Positions 25,380-39,180 of a DNA stretch of 64,000 bases are shown here, in pieces. The position numbers and the translations under genes are program-made. Location of the stretch: positions 11,222,001 through 11,286,000 of the forward strand of contig JBHGNT010000006.1 of the NCBI GenBank assembly GCA_043228905.1, in the 5' to 3' direction. This DNA is from Azolla caroliniana (taxonomy: Eukaryota; Plantae; Polypodiophyta). A model generated the notes under the pieces. The model saw nothing but the letters and a program-made list of their open reading frames with translations, did no database searches and was not told the origin of the DNA. Each line of letters opens with the position of its first letter. Positions within the stretch are counted from its first letter, which is position 1.

Positions 25380-27343
25380 TTACACTCCAAGACGAGGCGG
25401 TAAGTCTGTAATAAAGCTTTCGGCAAGTTCAATCGTCTTAGCGAGGAGCTCTTCCCCTGCTTTACTGGCTGCACCAGCATCAAAGGGAGGTTGGGGATCA
25501 TATTCAACGAATAATTGGATCATTTTCGCCATCTCTTCACCTTTCAATTCTGCAATCAAATGGAGTGCCATGTCAATGCCCGATGACACACCTGCAGAGG
25601 TGATGATCTTCCCCTAAACAAAAATAGAAAACGTCAAAACATGAGGAGCTCTTTAGGTTGCAAAATCCAAGAAACCTTTCATCAAGCCTAGGGTAATAAT
25701 GTTACAAGCAAAACACTACAATATAATACATAACTTGTTGGGTACTTATAAAATATACACATCCATAGGTTAATGGAAACGACTAGGCTGTCCCTTTGTG
25801 GTACAGAATTTGTTTGATAATTTTTTGAGGGCTGATCTTGTGTTTTTCCTAATAAAACAATACCATTTGAAATAACATCATCTATATCGTGTTGGTATTT
25901 TCGAAAATATAAGTACTTTTGACCACAATTTCAATCATTTTTAAAATATAAAGCTATTATGAACCCTTAATGCCCCAAAAACAAAAACAATATATATATC
26001 ATGCAAGAAGTTCAGAGCTGATTTCCCTCTTTTTTGCAAAAAAACCCTATTCTAATGTAATGTCAAAAATATAGAGAATTCACATGCCTATCCTGACGAT
26101 ACCAAGCACATCCATCATATTCAATCACCTGTTTCACAACTCTCTTTTCGGTTAGTATAGCTCCTAGTTTTGATAAGTCGCCATAGCAACTCCAATGGGT
26201 TGTGGCCTCTAAACCATCCAAAAGACCGGCTGACGCAAGTATAATGGACCCTGTACACACGGATGTCGTGTAGAGCGATGCCTTGTGCGCCTGTGTAAAA
26301 GACAAAGACAAGCAGGTCATGTATCCACCAAAGGAAAAATGCAATAAAATTGATTAGGAAATCGTTGCATGTAATTTGCAGGAGAAAATCCTTCCAGTAT
26401 ACTCTGGATATACACAGTCAAAAAATATATCCTTTGCAATGTTATCATGAGCAAATATATTTATAACATGGTGATTGTCTTAATTTAAAAACATAACGGG
26501 TTACAAAATTTACTTCTTTAAAAACACTAGTGAATATTCAAATCGTAAGGAATCCTACCACCTAAAAAACATTCAACTGTGAGATATCCTAACAAATCCT
26601 AAAGCCTGATGTACATTCAAATGCAAGAAATCCTAATGAATCCTACCCTGGTGAACATTACATTCAACTGCAAGTAATCCTAAAGAATCAAAGACCCTAT
26701 AAACACGTTAAACCCTAAACCTAATGAAATTTTAAGTTTGGCATCCAAGCAGTCCTCATAAACATCCATCCAAAATATGACCACAAGTGATACTAACAAG
26801 CCTGAAACCACTAAAGCTGATCCGATGTGAACTGCCGGTTATAGCAGAGAGGTGGTACGAATTGCGCAGTGATGGTGATATGTGCATGTTAGCTATATAT
26901 ATTAATGTAGAATTCAACGATCTTTTTTTTCTCTTGCTACATATATGTATATAGAACCATCCATTGTCCCTACATACATAGATTCATAACTACATATATA
27001 CATACATATAGAGATATGTGGATACCTGTTTGATCCAACTGATAAGAGCAGGGTCCTTGGCAGCCACGAAGCAACCGGGGCCACCGGGGACAAGTAGAAT
27101 GTCGGGGTGTGCGACATCGGCGAAGGATGCGGTGGCAGGGAGCTTGAGCATACCATTATCGGCAACGTAGAGCTGGCCTGCCTCTTGGCCCAGGAAGAGG
27201 ACGGTGACACCAGGGACCACGTGCAAGAGCTCGTAGGGGCCTATGGCATCCAGAGCAGTGAAGCGATCGAACAGAGGGATGGCAACAACAACAACAGCCA
27301 TGGGGATGGGAGATCCTCTGTCTTCATCACCACTCTCCTCCAT
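25380..27343 (-). CDS. Single-domain DJ-1/PfpI family protein, isocyanide (isonitrile) hydratase-like; exons 27343-27026, 26290-26129, 25613-25380 (237 aa)
   Basis: Two phase-0 GT-AG introns join three ORF pieces into IPLFDRFTALDAIGPYE..DILLVPGGPG..TTSVCTGSIILASAGLLDGLEATTHW..RVVKQGKIITSAGVSSGIDMAL..IQLFVEYDPQPPFDAG with no stops. Confidence 0.93.
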
Positions 27344-27656
27344 GTGGCGCCCCCTCACTCCACTCCACTCTACTCTACTCTGTCCTCTGTCTCTCGATCT
27401 CCTTCGGTCGCTATGGACACAAGAAACACAAAAAGAACAGATCTCTTCCTTCCTTCCTTCCTTCCTTCCTTCCTTTCTTTCTTTCTTTGTGACGATGAGA
27501 GCTCGCTCCCTTTTTCTTTCTTTGTGGCGATGGTGGACTCGGCTCACTCTGATTGGTGGGAAGCCCTTCCTTCTGTCTGTCTGTGTGTCAGGGGTTTACG
27601 CGGACGTGCTAAGACATGGAGACCCATTCAACAATATAAACCGATCAATGTCTTCA

Positions 27657-27658
<2 letters not shown>

Positions 27659-27714
<56 letters not shown>

Positions 27715-27734
27715 GTGTGTGTGTGTGTGTGTGT
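27659..27734. repeat. (CT)n and (GT)n microsatellites in the DJ-1 gene promoter/5' region
   Basis: Read directly from the sequence. Confidence 0.95.
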
Positions 27735-28504
27735 GGGCGCGTCAATTGACTCGATAGTCGACACTCCACGATCTTTGTCCCGGAAACTCCTTTTCGTACG
27801 AGTCGACTCACACCCTTCTTCTTTTTAAAGCATTATACCTCGCATTTCTAAAACAAATGTTCCTACCTTTCCTCTTTCTTTCTTACATGTGAATTCGGAG
27901 AAGAACGATTCTCATTGTGGGGTCCGACGATTAAGAATGGCGGCATCCCGATCTAAGCTTAGCATTATCATGGTGGAAAAAAAAAGAGTGGGCTGATTTC
28001 ATCATTTGACCCCTCAAGAGGTTCGTTCTTTTCCATTCACCACAAGAAAAAAATGGCAAGGACATTTGTTTTAGTTATGCAAAATTCAATATAATTGTTA
28101 CATTTTTTTGCTCGATTGTCTTTCACAATTAAAAATGAAAGGCTTCATCTCCAAGAATGTGGAATCAAAATATGTTACTACAAAGGGAGTATTTTCAGCC
28201 AAATAATTGCTAATCTTTCATGAAAATTACAAGAGACCCTCACTCCATATTGCAAAAAAATTCAGCATCTTCGAAAACCAAGGATACACCTTTTATGAAG
28301 GCTTCAATTTTCAGCCAAATCTGAATATGGGAAATCATTATTAGACATCAGAAAACATGAATAACCAAGACTTCTCAAAGAATAGAAAATTAACATCGAA
28401 GACGATGACCTACCTCCAAAGCAAGAGTGGCAATAAGAGGGGTGACAAGCTCAGTGTTCAAAGGTTGTGCAGTTGGGATGAAAACCAACGTTTGTCACAT
28501 CAAA

Positions 28505-28835
28505 CAAAAACCGAAGTTTCTTATAATATCCTCTAACTAAATTTAAAGTATTTACAGAGTTTGCTTCTATCTAATTTATCGCACCATACGATATTTGCAA
28601 TTGGTTGCTCCTATAGTTCGTGAATGGCATTAGTATGTTGGCTCAAGTTGTATACACCCCTATAGAATTGTATTTGAAGCCTATTTCTTCTAGGATGGAT
28701 ACAATTTGAGCAATCATTCCAATGTTATTCACGAACTATAGATGTAACCAATTGCAAATCTTGTGTAGTGTGAAAGACGTAAACTTTTGTAACTACTTTG
28801 CTAGAGTTAGGAAAGATGATAAAAACCTCAAGTTT
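28505..28835. repeat. Long imperfect inverted repeat (foldback, MITE-like)
   Basis: TTTGCAATTGGTTGCTCCTATAGTTCGTGAAT (from 28594) pairs with ATTCACGAACTATAGATGTAACCAATTGCAAA (to 28758); weaker pairing extends outward. Confidence 0.85.
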
Positions 28836-31800
28836 TGATTAGCATGAAAGAGAGTAAGGCATAATCATGCATACCCTTCATGAGGCTTCTCGAAATCCTT
28901 AGCATCAAGTTGCAAGTAAAAAACGCATGAAACGCATCCATTACATCCGAAACAATGGAAACAAATCTTAGGAACAAAAGGTTCACTAGAGTACAAGGAA
29001 GTTATGAAAGAAGGAAGAATTTGAGTTTTCGAAACACCCTTCTCAATAAGATACTAGAGTCCAAGTTTGAAGGTATTTGAGCCTCATGTCATTAGTAGCA
29101 ATGGCTTGGACCTTTATATCCACAGAATCGCACAACAATTCAAATTAGGAATACAAATGATGTATGTGGTTGTTAATTTGCGTATGTGTGTACGTATGTG
29201 TGCATATGTGTGTGAATGTTAATTCCAGCATCGGTTAAATTGTGTGTATATGTGCTTCTTAATTGTTGTGTGTTTTTATGGTTAATTTACCCTAATACTA
29301 ACCATAAACATAACTATGTATGTGTATGTATGAACATTTGTCAAATGTGTATGTGTCTATGCTTATTTTTGTGAATGTTTATTTATGTACATTTCTATGT
29401 GTGTAAAAAAAACATAACCCTAAATGTATCTGTGGATGGCTGAGGAGAGGCACTCGAAATCTCTCTATTGCTCTTCCTCGATGGCGGGAAGAAGGGTTAT
29501 ATTCTATTAAATGTTTTGGGGAAGTGCATCGTTATACGACGTTTTTGTTAGGCACGTCGTATGTGACACATCAAACACATGATAATGTGATGTTTTTATT
29601 ATGCATGTCATTTAGCGACATGTTCTAGTATGGAAATGTTGTTACATAAACTCTACATGTGTCAAGCAGAAGAAGACCTTGAAATACTTACAAACCAAAC
29701 CCTAAACTGTCAAGTAGGAAAGTAAGTAAGTAAGAAGAAGAATCCTAAATTGTCAAGAAACCTAAGCCCTAAAATCCCAAGTGGGGAAGAAGATGAATAA
29801 CAACAACAACAACAACAACAACAACAACCCCTGGCCCCAAAAGAAACCTATGGATGCACTTTCGAAACCCAAAATGAGCAACCTGAAGTAAGCTCTCCTC
29901 TTCGGCACCTATTTTCAGTTCACTTTCTTCCCTTTTTGCTTGGAAAATGCAAAAAGAGAATAATTCCTTAATATGCACTAGCAAAGATTTGAACTTTTCA
30001 CGGCTTGTTCATAGTCAACGTTCATATTTATGAATGTATATATATCATATATAGATATGTTCTTGTTACTGTGGCTGGACCCACTTTTTATCCACTTTCT
30101 ACCTTTGGGCCCACCACATCGTGAGAATGATTCATATTCAGACTATCTGTGGGTTCCCAACGTTCATATTTGATGATCCAAATACTTGCCCCTTGTGTCA
30201 AGAAAGTCATTGGTGATTGTTGAGTTATGGGTGACCATGATTAGTAGCTTACTATATACCACTCCTTGTCTCCCCTTATTCTTTGTAACACATCATACAA
30301 AGGGCTTGGATTTAACTTAAGAGTAAATATTCTATGTTGAGCTCAATAGGTTTATCTATTATTGGTAAGTGTACACAATATGTGGGGGGTTGTAGAGGTT
30401 CCATCTTGTCTTTTAGTGGATCCCATTTAGAAAATTGGTTCCTTCCCAACCATTTCTTGTCACCAAGATGTTGTTTTTGTCGTTCTTCCTCTAATAAGGC
30501 CTCATATTCATTGACTTAAACTTAATCAACCTTGAGATTTAGATACACAACAGTCTACTTGGGTAAAAGGAACTCCTTAGGTCAATGAGACATCCTCTTC
30601 CCCTTGATCCCACGGTATGGCATTAGTTACGAATGTGGACTTATCAAAGTTTAAACCTTTTTTCTCCTATTGGTGTAATTTTTGTGTTAAATGTTGGGCT
30701 CATATAGCAGGCAATGGTGGTCTTAGAGCTCAAGGGGGTGAATTGGGATGTTGTATTAATGGTGTTATGGAAACTTCTCATTCAATAGTTCCAACAATTG
30801 TCTAAGTTATGTAGGATGAAGACTCTATCCCCATTGATAGAATTAGGTCTACATCGATCTAGGTGTGTAGGTCTTGTATGATGAACATTTTCTAACATAG
30901 CGTAACCTACTAGTCCTCCTATCTTTTAATGTAGGGTTACTTGTGCATTTGTGTTATTACCTCTCTTGGGTTGGTAGGGCCTACGATCAAGATTTTAGGG
31001 CCTACCATAGAGAGCCTAACATTCGTAGAACTAGTGTCAATGATAGTGTGGCATTGTTGCACAACTAAGAAGTGATGTAGTGTTGGTTAAAAAAAGACTT
31101 GCAATGGAATTTTTTTCATTCGACAACCTATCGTAGTAGTCAACTAGTGGTGCAAATTCTTAGTGTGGAGTATGAGTCACACAACTAAGGAGACTAATTG
31201 GTGTACGGTGTTCCATTTGTCTGCCCATCATGCAAAAGTAGTGAGGAATGTGTACTTCTTGTAGTTATAATCATGTAAGGATTCGTCTGAGAGTTCCTTG
31301 GACAACTGAAGATTCAACTTAAATCCACTACCATAGACAAGGATCAACATTGAATTGCAATTAAAAGCACCATGACTAGATGAAAGATGTAAGGATTCCT
31401 CTTAGAGTTACCTAACCTAGAGATTCAACTTAAATCCATTGCAAGAGCCTAAGAATCAACATGGAATTGCATTTTAAAGCACCACATTTACATAGAAGTG
31501 TAGTTACTCTTGGGTCATTTTATCAAAAGTAATGTTATACTCATTGGCCTTAGTGGCATGAGTGAATCAAGTTAGTAAACGGTCCATGATACATCATGAC
31601 ACTCACAACAACTCTAGTGAAGAAAGGAATTCACAACATCACAAACTCCATCATATCCAACAATCAATGTTGATCAAGAAGATCACAACACTTGAAGATG
31701 CATACAAACGAGTTTAATCAAGCTAGTAACAAAGCAGAAAGAGCATAACAAGAGTAAAGATCAGTTGGAATATTTGTCTTCTAACAGAAGTAGTGGTGTA

Positions 31801-32640
31801 GCCATATCAAAGGAAATAAAGAGGCAAGCACAAAGTGCATGGAAGAATTGGTACATGCAACTTGAACAACAGGGTTACTCATATATTGGTTACAGATCAA
31901 ATTATGCTTCAATGACTGCAAAATTCCACCAATTTGATCTTTTGAATAATTACCAATGGTTTTGATGACTTTTTTGAGGCACAGTTCACTTTAGAAGAGA
32001 TGTCTTGAGGGGCTGTTAATGTATAACTAAATGAATCCACTTTCAAGAAGATGTACGTACAGCGAGTATATGTAAACTAGCAAGAGTATCTCTACTTACA
32101 TAATTTAGAAGTGGAAGATCTTTGGAACATTCTGACTATAGCATGAATGGATTGAATTAGAGCATGACATGAAAAAACAGGTCATATTGAATTCTTGATT
32201 TTCACGAAGCTATATAGCCAAACAAAGGTGTCCAGTCAAATCTACTGAGCATGACTTTCAAGTGGACATAACATCAAGATATCTACTACCACAATGCACT
32301 CAATTTTAACCAAAACCACCAATCACTTGTTAAGCAGGTAAGGCAATCTTGCAATAAGCCAAAACTAACGTATCTTCCATTTTTCCAAGAAATTGACTAT
32401 ACATCACAAGATCAAAACAAAAACGATATTTGCATTCTGTATCTACTTACAAGGGTGCCTGTGTGTGTGCACCCAAAAGGCAAAGAATGCTCCCGTTATG
32501 AAAACATTGCCACGAAAACTGACATAAAAAGTGGCATGCAATGCTAACCAACATTAGCCATGCTTATTTCCTGTGCTTGGATCAATTATCGTTGGCTTAA
32601 CCATGCACCAAGCATGTTGCCCTATTTCACGAACAATCCT

Positions 32641-35600
32641 TTACTCTTCCACAGCAGATCCTGAATCTTCATTTTCTTCACACGGAGGCATTGAGAAGGC
32701 ATTATAAGTTGAGCTACCTCGGCGAATGTTCCTTATCGTTTGCAAAGCAGCCATGGTGTTCTTGTAAACTTCCTTTATGTCATCTTCATTGAAGAGTATA
32801 TCATCCTGATCTTGTGTGTCTCTCTCAAATGAACCTACATCTGCAATATCTCTGGGACAACTTGGGAAAGCTGAAAGCAAATCATGTTCACAATCTCTCA
32901 CAAGCCTGGACAAAATATCGGTGCTATAGAAAGGTTGGCGAAGCACATCAGGTATAAATGACAATCGCAACCATGCACCCGTCAACCTATCATGCTTCTT
33001 GACAATTTTTACCAGGCCTGCATAGAAGGGCAGAATATGGGTATGTTCATCAGTCTTCTGTACAAGGTACACACTTGAATTCATGTAGGCTCAGTAAAAA
33101 ACTAAAATTTGAAGTACGAAACCACTTCGGTATTTTAAGAAAATTTTTACCTATATAATTTAAGGAGCAATAGTTTTCAAGTAGAACCATTTCACCGTGG
33201 AAAACTACAACATCCTTCTGTAAATTGATCATGTCTATCTTGTTCTCATCATTGTCCTCCGTAATATGCTTTAGTATCTCCACCTTCTCTTTGAAATGCT
33301 GCACCAAAACCAAAATGCTATATCAAGGCATACATCAAATTAATATCTTGCAGATTATAATGTAAAAATTTAAGGAAATGAAAAAAATAATCTCAAAACT
33401 ATCTTTTTCTGTTTTCACACAATTTCTATTTTATTTGCTTGCTTTACACCACCCTCCCCGTCAATGCCAACATGGTTTGGAAGATATAAAAATTGTTTAG
33501 TGTATATTATACAAGGCATTACTATATGTGTAGCTCCTTGGGACTACCTTCCTTCCACCTGTTTGTAACAAATTGTTCTTCCTTTTCTGGTACTCCATGC
33601 AAGACATGATTTTTTTTAAATTTAATTCTCCCTCATTTTACAAGGCTCAAGAAGGAATCATGGGGTAGGTTCCATTATCATAGATGTTCCTGCCCTTTCC
33701 CACCAATCTAGAGTAAGTAAAAGTATTAGGGTTTTTTAACTAAGTGAAAGGATAATCCTTTATTTCCTCCTGCCATGCTTTTTGCATCGTCTTCATGCTT
33801 CTTCCCATCTTCTGCACTCTTCCACCTTTATCCTGGCAACTTCTTTATCACCCTTCCCCACTGTTCTGGAGACTACTCCGGTTAAGCCCATTGGGCTACT
33901 GAATGGGTATCTTATATGACTCTTGCTCTTCTTGATGGGCCCTTTTATCAGCTTTCACTACCCTCTAGGCTTTCTAAGGGTTTCTGGCAGTGGTCTTGAG
34001 TGGAAGATTTGAAGCTCTCAGAACTCAGGAAATTTAAAGGGGTTTCCAAGAGAGATGATAATTCACTAGAGACACGAGACATGTCCCATAAGGAGACTCC
34101 AGAGACGAGCAGAACTAAGGAAATTTGAAGGATGAGGATGGTAGTATGATGGATGGTGTTCAGAGTAAACTTTGAAAAATAGGAAAACACAGTGTCACCA
34201 TATAGAATATAAAAAATGTAGAAATATGTTGTGACCCCAAACACAACATACCAATTGAAATATAATAGTTTGGGCAAAGGTAACATAGAACTCTTTTGAA
34301 TTATTGAAGTTTGTTGAGTATGGGTGGTAAGAATTATTATTGAAAATCGCAAGGAAAGAGATGAAAGAAAGATATATTATTATGGACAGAGGGGAGGATG
34401 ATAACTGTGATGCTCGAAAAAAAGAGTGAATCAGAAGAATCGGTATCAGCTATCATATCCCTTTGACATCAGCTACTCATATCCCTTTTTCGTTGTTCTA
34501 TGTTACAAAGCTACTTATGGTGTTGCTACTCTCTGGCATTTTACAGCGTAGCTCACAGCCTATCTGATAGTCTTGTATCATAACAAGATAGTTTTTTCAT
34601 TCAGGCTACTGCACAGACTTCATTTCACTGTGCATTAAATGAAGGACATATTGTGTGCCATTAGGACTGTAACACTTTGGTCCACTTTGGCTTCTTTGCA
34701 GATGGATACCTAGAGGGTATTTAATAAGAATCAAGCAACATGAATCAGTAACAATACAGGATACATGCAGGCAAAACCAATGGAATGATGGGATTTGGCC
34801 ATTCACACTGCCCTTAAATCCAAGGGTTCTTGTGGGGCAACACATCCACATTGCATTATATATATAGATCAAGAAAAAATATGATGAAATCAAGATCCAC
34901 AACATTTCTCAAATTGTAACATAATAACATAAGGAGAAACGAACAACATTTCACTGCAATGCACGCAGTATCAGATTGTATCATGACAAGCATAACAACA
35001 ACAACAACAATAATAAAGCCCACAATTTCATTGTAAAACACAAAAATGCATACTGAACCGAAAAACTATGAATGAACAAGAAAACACCTTCATTGATATC
35101 AATAGAACTTCATTGTACTCTACAGCAGAACTTCAAAATGCACCAACCCATTTGTAATCCTTTTTATTCTCTGAGTATACGGAATGTGAAAAACAGGAAG
35201 AAAAACAAGACTTACCTGGAGCTTGATAACAAATTCCTCTTCTTTCTCAACGAAGAACTCGTTCAGTTTCTCGAGCTCTCGATCCAGTAACCTCTTGAAC
35301 TGAGCTTCAAGGAGGCGAGATAAAACCATATCTTCTACATGAAGGATTTGTCTTCTTTTATACCTCCTCCTTCCTCCTCCATGTTCTATAACCTTCTGAT
35401 CTTTCAGACATCTGTGAGATCTCTTTCCTCTCTTCTTCTCTGATGATGATGATGATGATGATCCTCCACCTGCGCTCAGAAGAACCTCGATTTCTCCATC
35501 GCCCACGTAAATTTCTTTCCTTTCTTCTGCTTCTCTGATGCTCTCCGCGATGAGAAGCTCGCTAATGAGGGAGTTGAGATGCTTCTTGAGACGCTTGTAA

Positions 35601-35671
35601 GCGAGAAACTTGTCTTTCCAGGCAGGAAGGGCTGCGTCGACGAGAGTCTGTATGCGTTTCCCGAACTTCAT
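32641..35671 (-). CDS. SPX: SPX domain-only protein (class I, SPX1-4-like phosphate sensor); exons 35671-35216, 33298-33151, 33017-32641 (326 aa)
   Basis: MKFGK..LPAWKDKFLAYKRLKK, ELEKLNEFFVEKEEEFVIKLQ, FHGEMVLLENYCSLNY, GLVKIVKKHDRLTG, VLRQPFY, IRRGSSTYNAFSMPP; GT-AG introns give a continuous frame. Confidence 0.95.
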
Positions 35672-38600
35672 CGCGGCGGCATAGCACAGGGAGAAAGACA
35701 ATAGGGTTAGGGTTTTCTCTCAGAATCAGAAGAATCAGAATCAGAAGAAGAAGAAGAAGAAGAAGAAGAAACAGAAGCTCTGACGGACAACCTTCCTCAC
35801 CGTCACCGTCACCGTCACCGTCAGTCAACGAACCGCTTTTAGTTTTGCAGTTCCTTATTTTTATATGTATTTGATTGGGTTAGAACTTCCTTTTCCATTC
35901 CTTCTATTTTTGTTGGTTTGTTTGTTTCTTCTTCTTCTTCTTCTTCTTCTTGTGTGTGTGTGTGTGTGTGTGTGTTGCACTACCATTTGGGGGAGTGGGA
36001 CACGGACAAATGTTATGGAGGAGTGGGACACGGACAAATGTTATGGAGGACATAAAGAAACTTGCACTCACACCACCCCGCTTTTGTCCGCCCACCGCTC
36101 TTCCTCCCTGGTGCACCTTCCCTTTGGTCATGGCAATCAGGTCAATCATACCCATCTTGGCTACGGAAAACCTAAGGTTAAGTCGGGTTCTTAGGGCCTG
36201 GGGTGTCGTCCTATTGTTAGAAACAAAAGGAGCGACACGTGAAGGAATTGTTCCACCAAACAACGCAGTGCGTACGATGCCATTGCCGACATTGCGCCTA
36301 CCATTGTTGTTAATCAACTCACGACAAAATCTGCTTTTGTTATTCTTATATAGTGGCCGGGTATTGGATAAGGCCTTTCCGATAAGGATTGTGTTGGAAC
36401 TTGTTCTACTTCCACGGTTGTTTCTTTCTTTCTCTTCTCTTGGGAAACGAAAACAATTTTCTTGAAATATCCTTGGAAGTCTTGCATGTATATATGTCTA
36501 TTGTAAGCAAAAGTTGACTCAAAAGTTTATCTCGATTGTTTTGATTAAACTCGCCTTGTATCGTGCAATTATTGTTCGTATATTGTGAACATCACATTTG
36601 GAATGTAAATGAAAAGGATGAATCCACCTCAAGGTTAAGTGCCACGTGCAACTTTTGTCTATGGTGCCCACAAGAATGGATGAGATGATGAGGATGTATC
36701 ATCAAAATGAAGAGGCCAATCAATAAACATAAAAAATCGGTAATATCATATCTTAAATTAAATTATGCAAATTTATAAAGACATGGAAACTTCATTCATG
36801 AGGCAAGATGAGATCTATGTGCCTTCAAATGTAGACTGACTACGTCAAACTTGAAGAGATTGTGCGAAATTGTTGCATTGAGCAATAGAATGTGGGAAAG
36901 ATTGTTGGATGGGACATTCTATATGCTTTATGTTTGTAGTGTGTGTGCTCCACATCCCTCAAACTTTTAGTCGGGGTATTGTATACACTCAACATTTTCA
37001 AATAAGCTTTATTTACACCATTGATGCTCTTCCACAAATCAAGTTATCATCAACATCTTCGTGCACCTTACGTTGGCAATATATTGGTCATTGGGAATTT
37101 TTGCTAGCATAACATTGTTGTAAAAAAATAGTTAAATATGCTTACAAGCATATGAAATTCAAAACATAAGTTTGTTTATATTTCAAAAGTCGTGAAATGA
37201 TTGGCTAAATTTAAGCTCCTTATTAGATGACAATTAAGGTCAAAATATAATTCTACCTTTAAGTACATGAATCTGTTGTGTGTGTCTTTGAAAATGATTG
37301 ATTGTGAGATTTAATGAATTGCCTTGAAGTTGAGAGGTTCTCATTGACCGAATTAAATGCTTAATTTGATGTTGGAGTTCTACGTTGCAAAGTGAAATGT
37401 CCTAATTGAGAGAATATAGAACTTCATTTTGCTACTTAAAATAATCAAAATGTTCAAGCAAAATAATCACCACTTATGTACCAAGAGTGCCCTATATTCA
37501 TTATGATGTTTCGTAATTATTTGGTTAATTTGCTAAATTATTGTTTATATCACATAAATGGATACAAACTAGAGATGCTAAAATTCATTTATATACATAA
37601 AAGATGATAGTTTGTCTAGTGATAAACCTTCAGCCTTTACATGATAGGCTTCATTGGTAGATTTCATGGTTATTTATGAAAACCCTCAATAAAGTCTAGT
37701 TTGAGATCGTGCACATTACATGCGTGGTCCTAAAAATGGCTTTACAACATTGATATTATAACATTTTGAGTACTCCAAATAGCGAAAATATATAACATTG
37801 ACCTTGAAAAGGCAATGTTGATAAATTAGTCACTTAATAGAAAGAATGAGTATGGTGTTTGAGATGAAATATGAGTGGCTTAGAGAGAACCTATGAGAAC
37901 GTAGTCTAGTTAAAGGCCTTGATCTTGATGTTCAAATTGTAGGTGAAATAATAGCCTTCAATGGTATGTTGTTTGAGATGACAGATGCATGACTTGTTTG
38001 ACTTAGAGAGCACCTATGAAAATGTAATCCAATCAAGAAACTTGATATTGATGTCTAAATTGTAGGTGAAGGTGAAATACATAGGCATAAGTTGTAACAT
38101 TAATCTTCCCAAAATTAAGCAACACCTTTGAGTTTCCTTTTAATTAGGATGACGAGGAGAAGTGTGTTAGCATTGCCTTAAGCCAACAATATTATGTTCA
38201 ACCATGTTGTGCTTTTCCTCTCATGTTTGCGAGCATGGTCTAATGGAGTGACTATGTGAATAAGAACCTACACATCTTATAGAACCAATATAATAAGCAT
38301 GAAACATGATTTTATATATTTCATGCGAAGAGTTACAATATTATGCTTTACAGGACATTAGCAACAGTCAATACATTCGTGTTTTCATTGCAAGCGAAAC
38401 TAGCAAGCCATCTTATTTGCATAAAGACGCAAACATTGTGGCACAATTGTCTTGATATGCCAATGGATGAGCATTTCATTCATAGTTGTAACTTGTATTT
38501 ACATTATTAATAATCAAGGAAATATAGCAAGATGACTTCATAATCATGGAACATCTTCTACATCGTAAAAATACATTGAATTTGTTCAATTTGCTATGAT

Positions 38601-39180
38601 TAAATCTATAATACATACTCTAAAGCTTCAACATTAGATATTAGAAATCAATCTTGTCCATGTACATTGCATCAAGTGAGTTCTATTGACTTCTCCCAAC
38701 TTGCATTATTATTGATTTGTCTTAGTTAAATAAACTGAGTGTGTGCTTGCAAAAAACAATGAGAAGCATTTCCATTGATCTAATACATACTAAACACATA
38801 TACACCCCATGTGTGTGTATTAATAACCATGCTAGGTCTACTTTATTCTCAAATTCATTATCATATAATACTCCACACAACACGCATATTGATATATGTT
38901 ACGATGGATTTCTTTACACATTATTATTATTAAATATCCCCCAAAACATTTTATTTTATTTTATTTTATTTCCAAAAAAAACTCCTTCCATTAGTTACAA
39001 AATTTTACAAATGAGACGATTATGTACAAATCCCTAAAGGGACGCGATAGTTCCATCTAATGTGGAAGCCCACTAACTCAAGAAAGGGAGAGGATGACCA
39101 TTGTTGGATGAAGGCTATGCGTTGTCTTTCAACTCCCTCGGAGCCACCTTTAAGGCCATCATATTGGCTCTTTAGAGTGG

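Noticed and set aside
26990-27757. Longer N-terminal DJ-1 ORF from 27547 and overlapping plus-strand ORFs
   Set aside because: They run through microsatellite and 5' UTR sequence; ATG at 27343 (or the next Met) fits the family N-terminus
30240-31500. Possible ancient retroelement remnant with a short duplicated segment
   Set aside because: Too degraded to assign boundaries or a family
35865-36465. ORFs of 109-171 aa upstream of SPX
   Set aside because: Built on (CTT)n/(GT)n repeats in promoter sequence; no domain signal
35672-36700. P1BS (GNATATNC) sites in the SPX promoter
   Set aside because: None found by eye in about 1 kb upstream; needs a proper motif scan, so no claim is made
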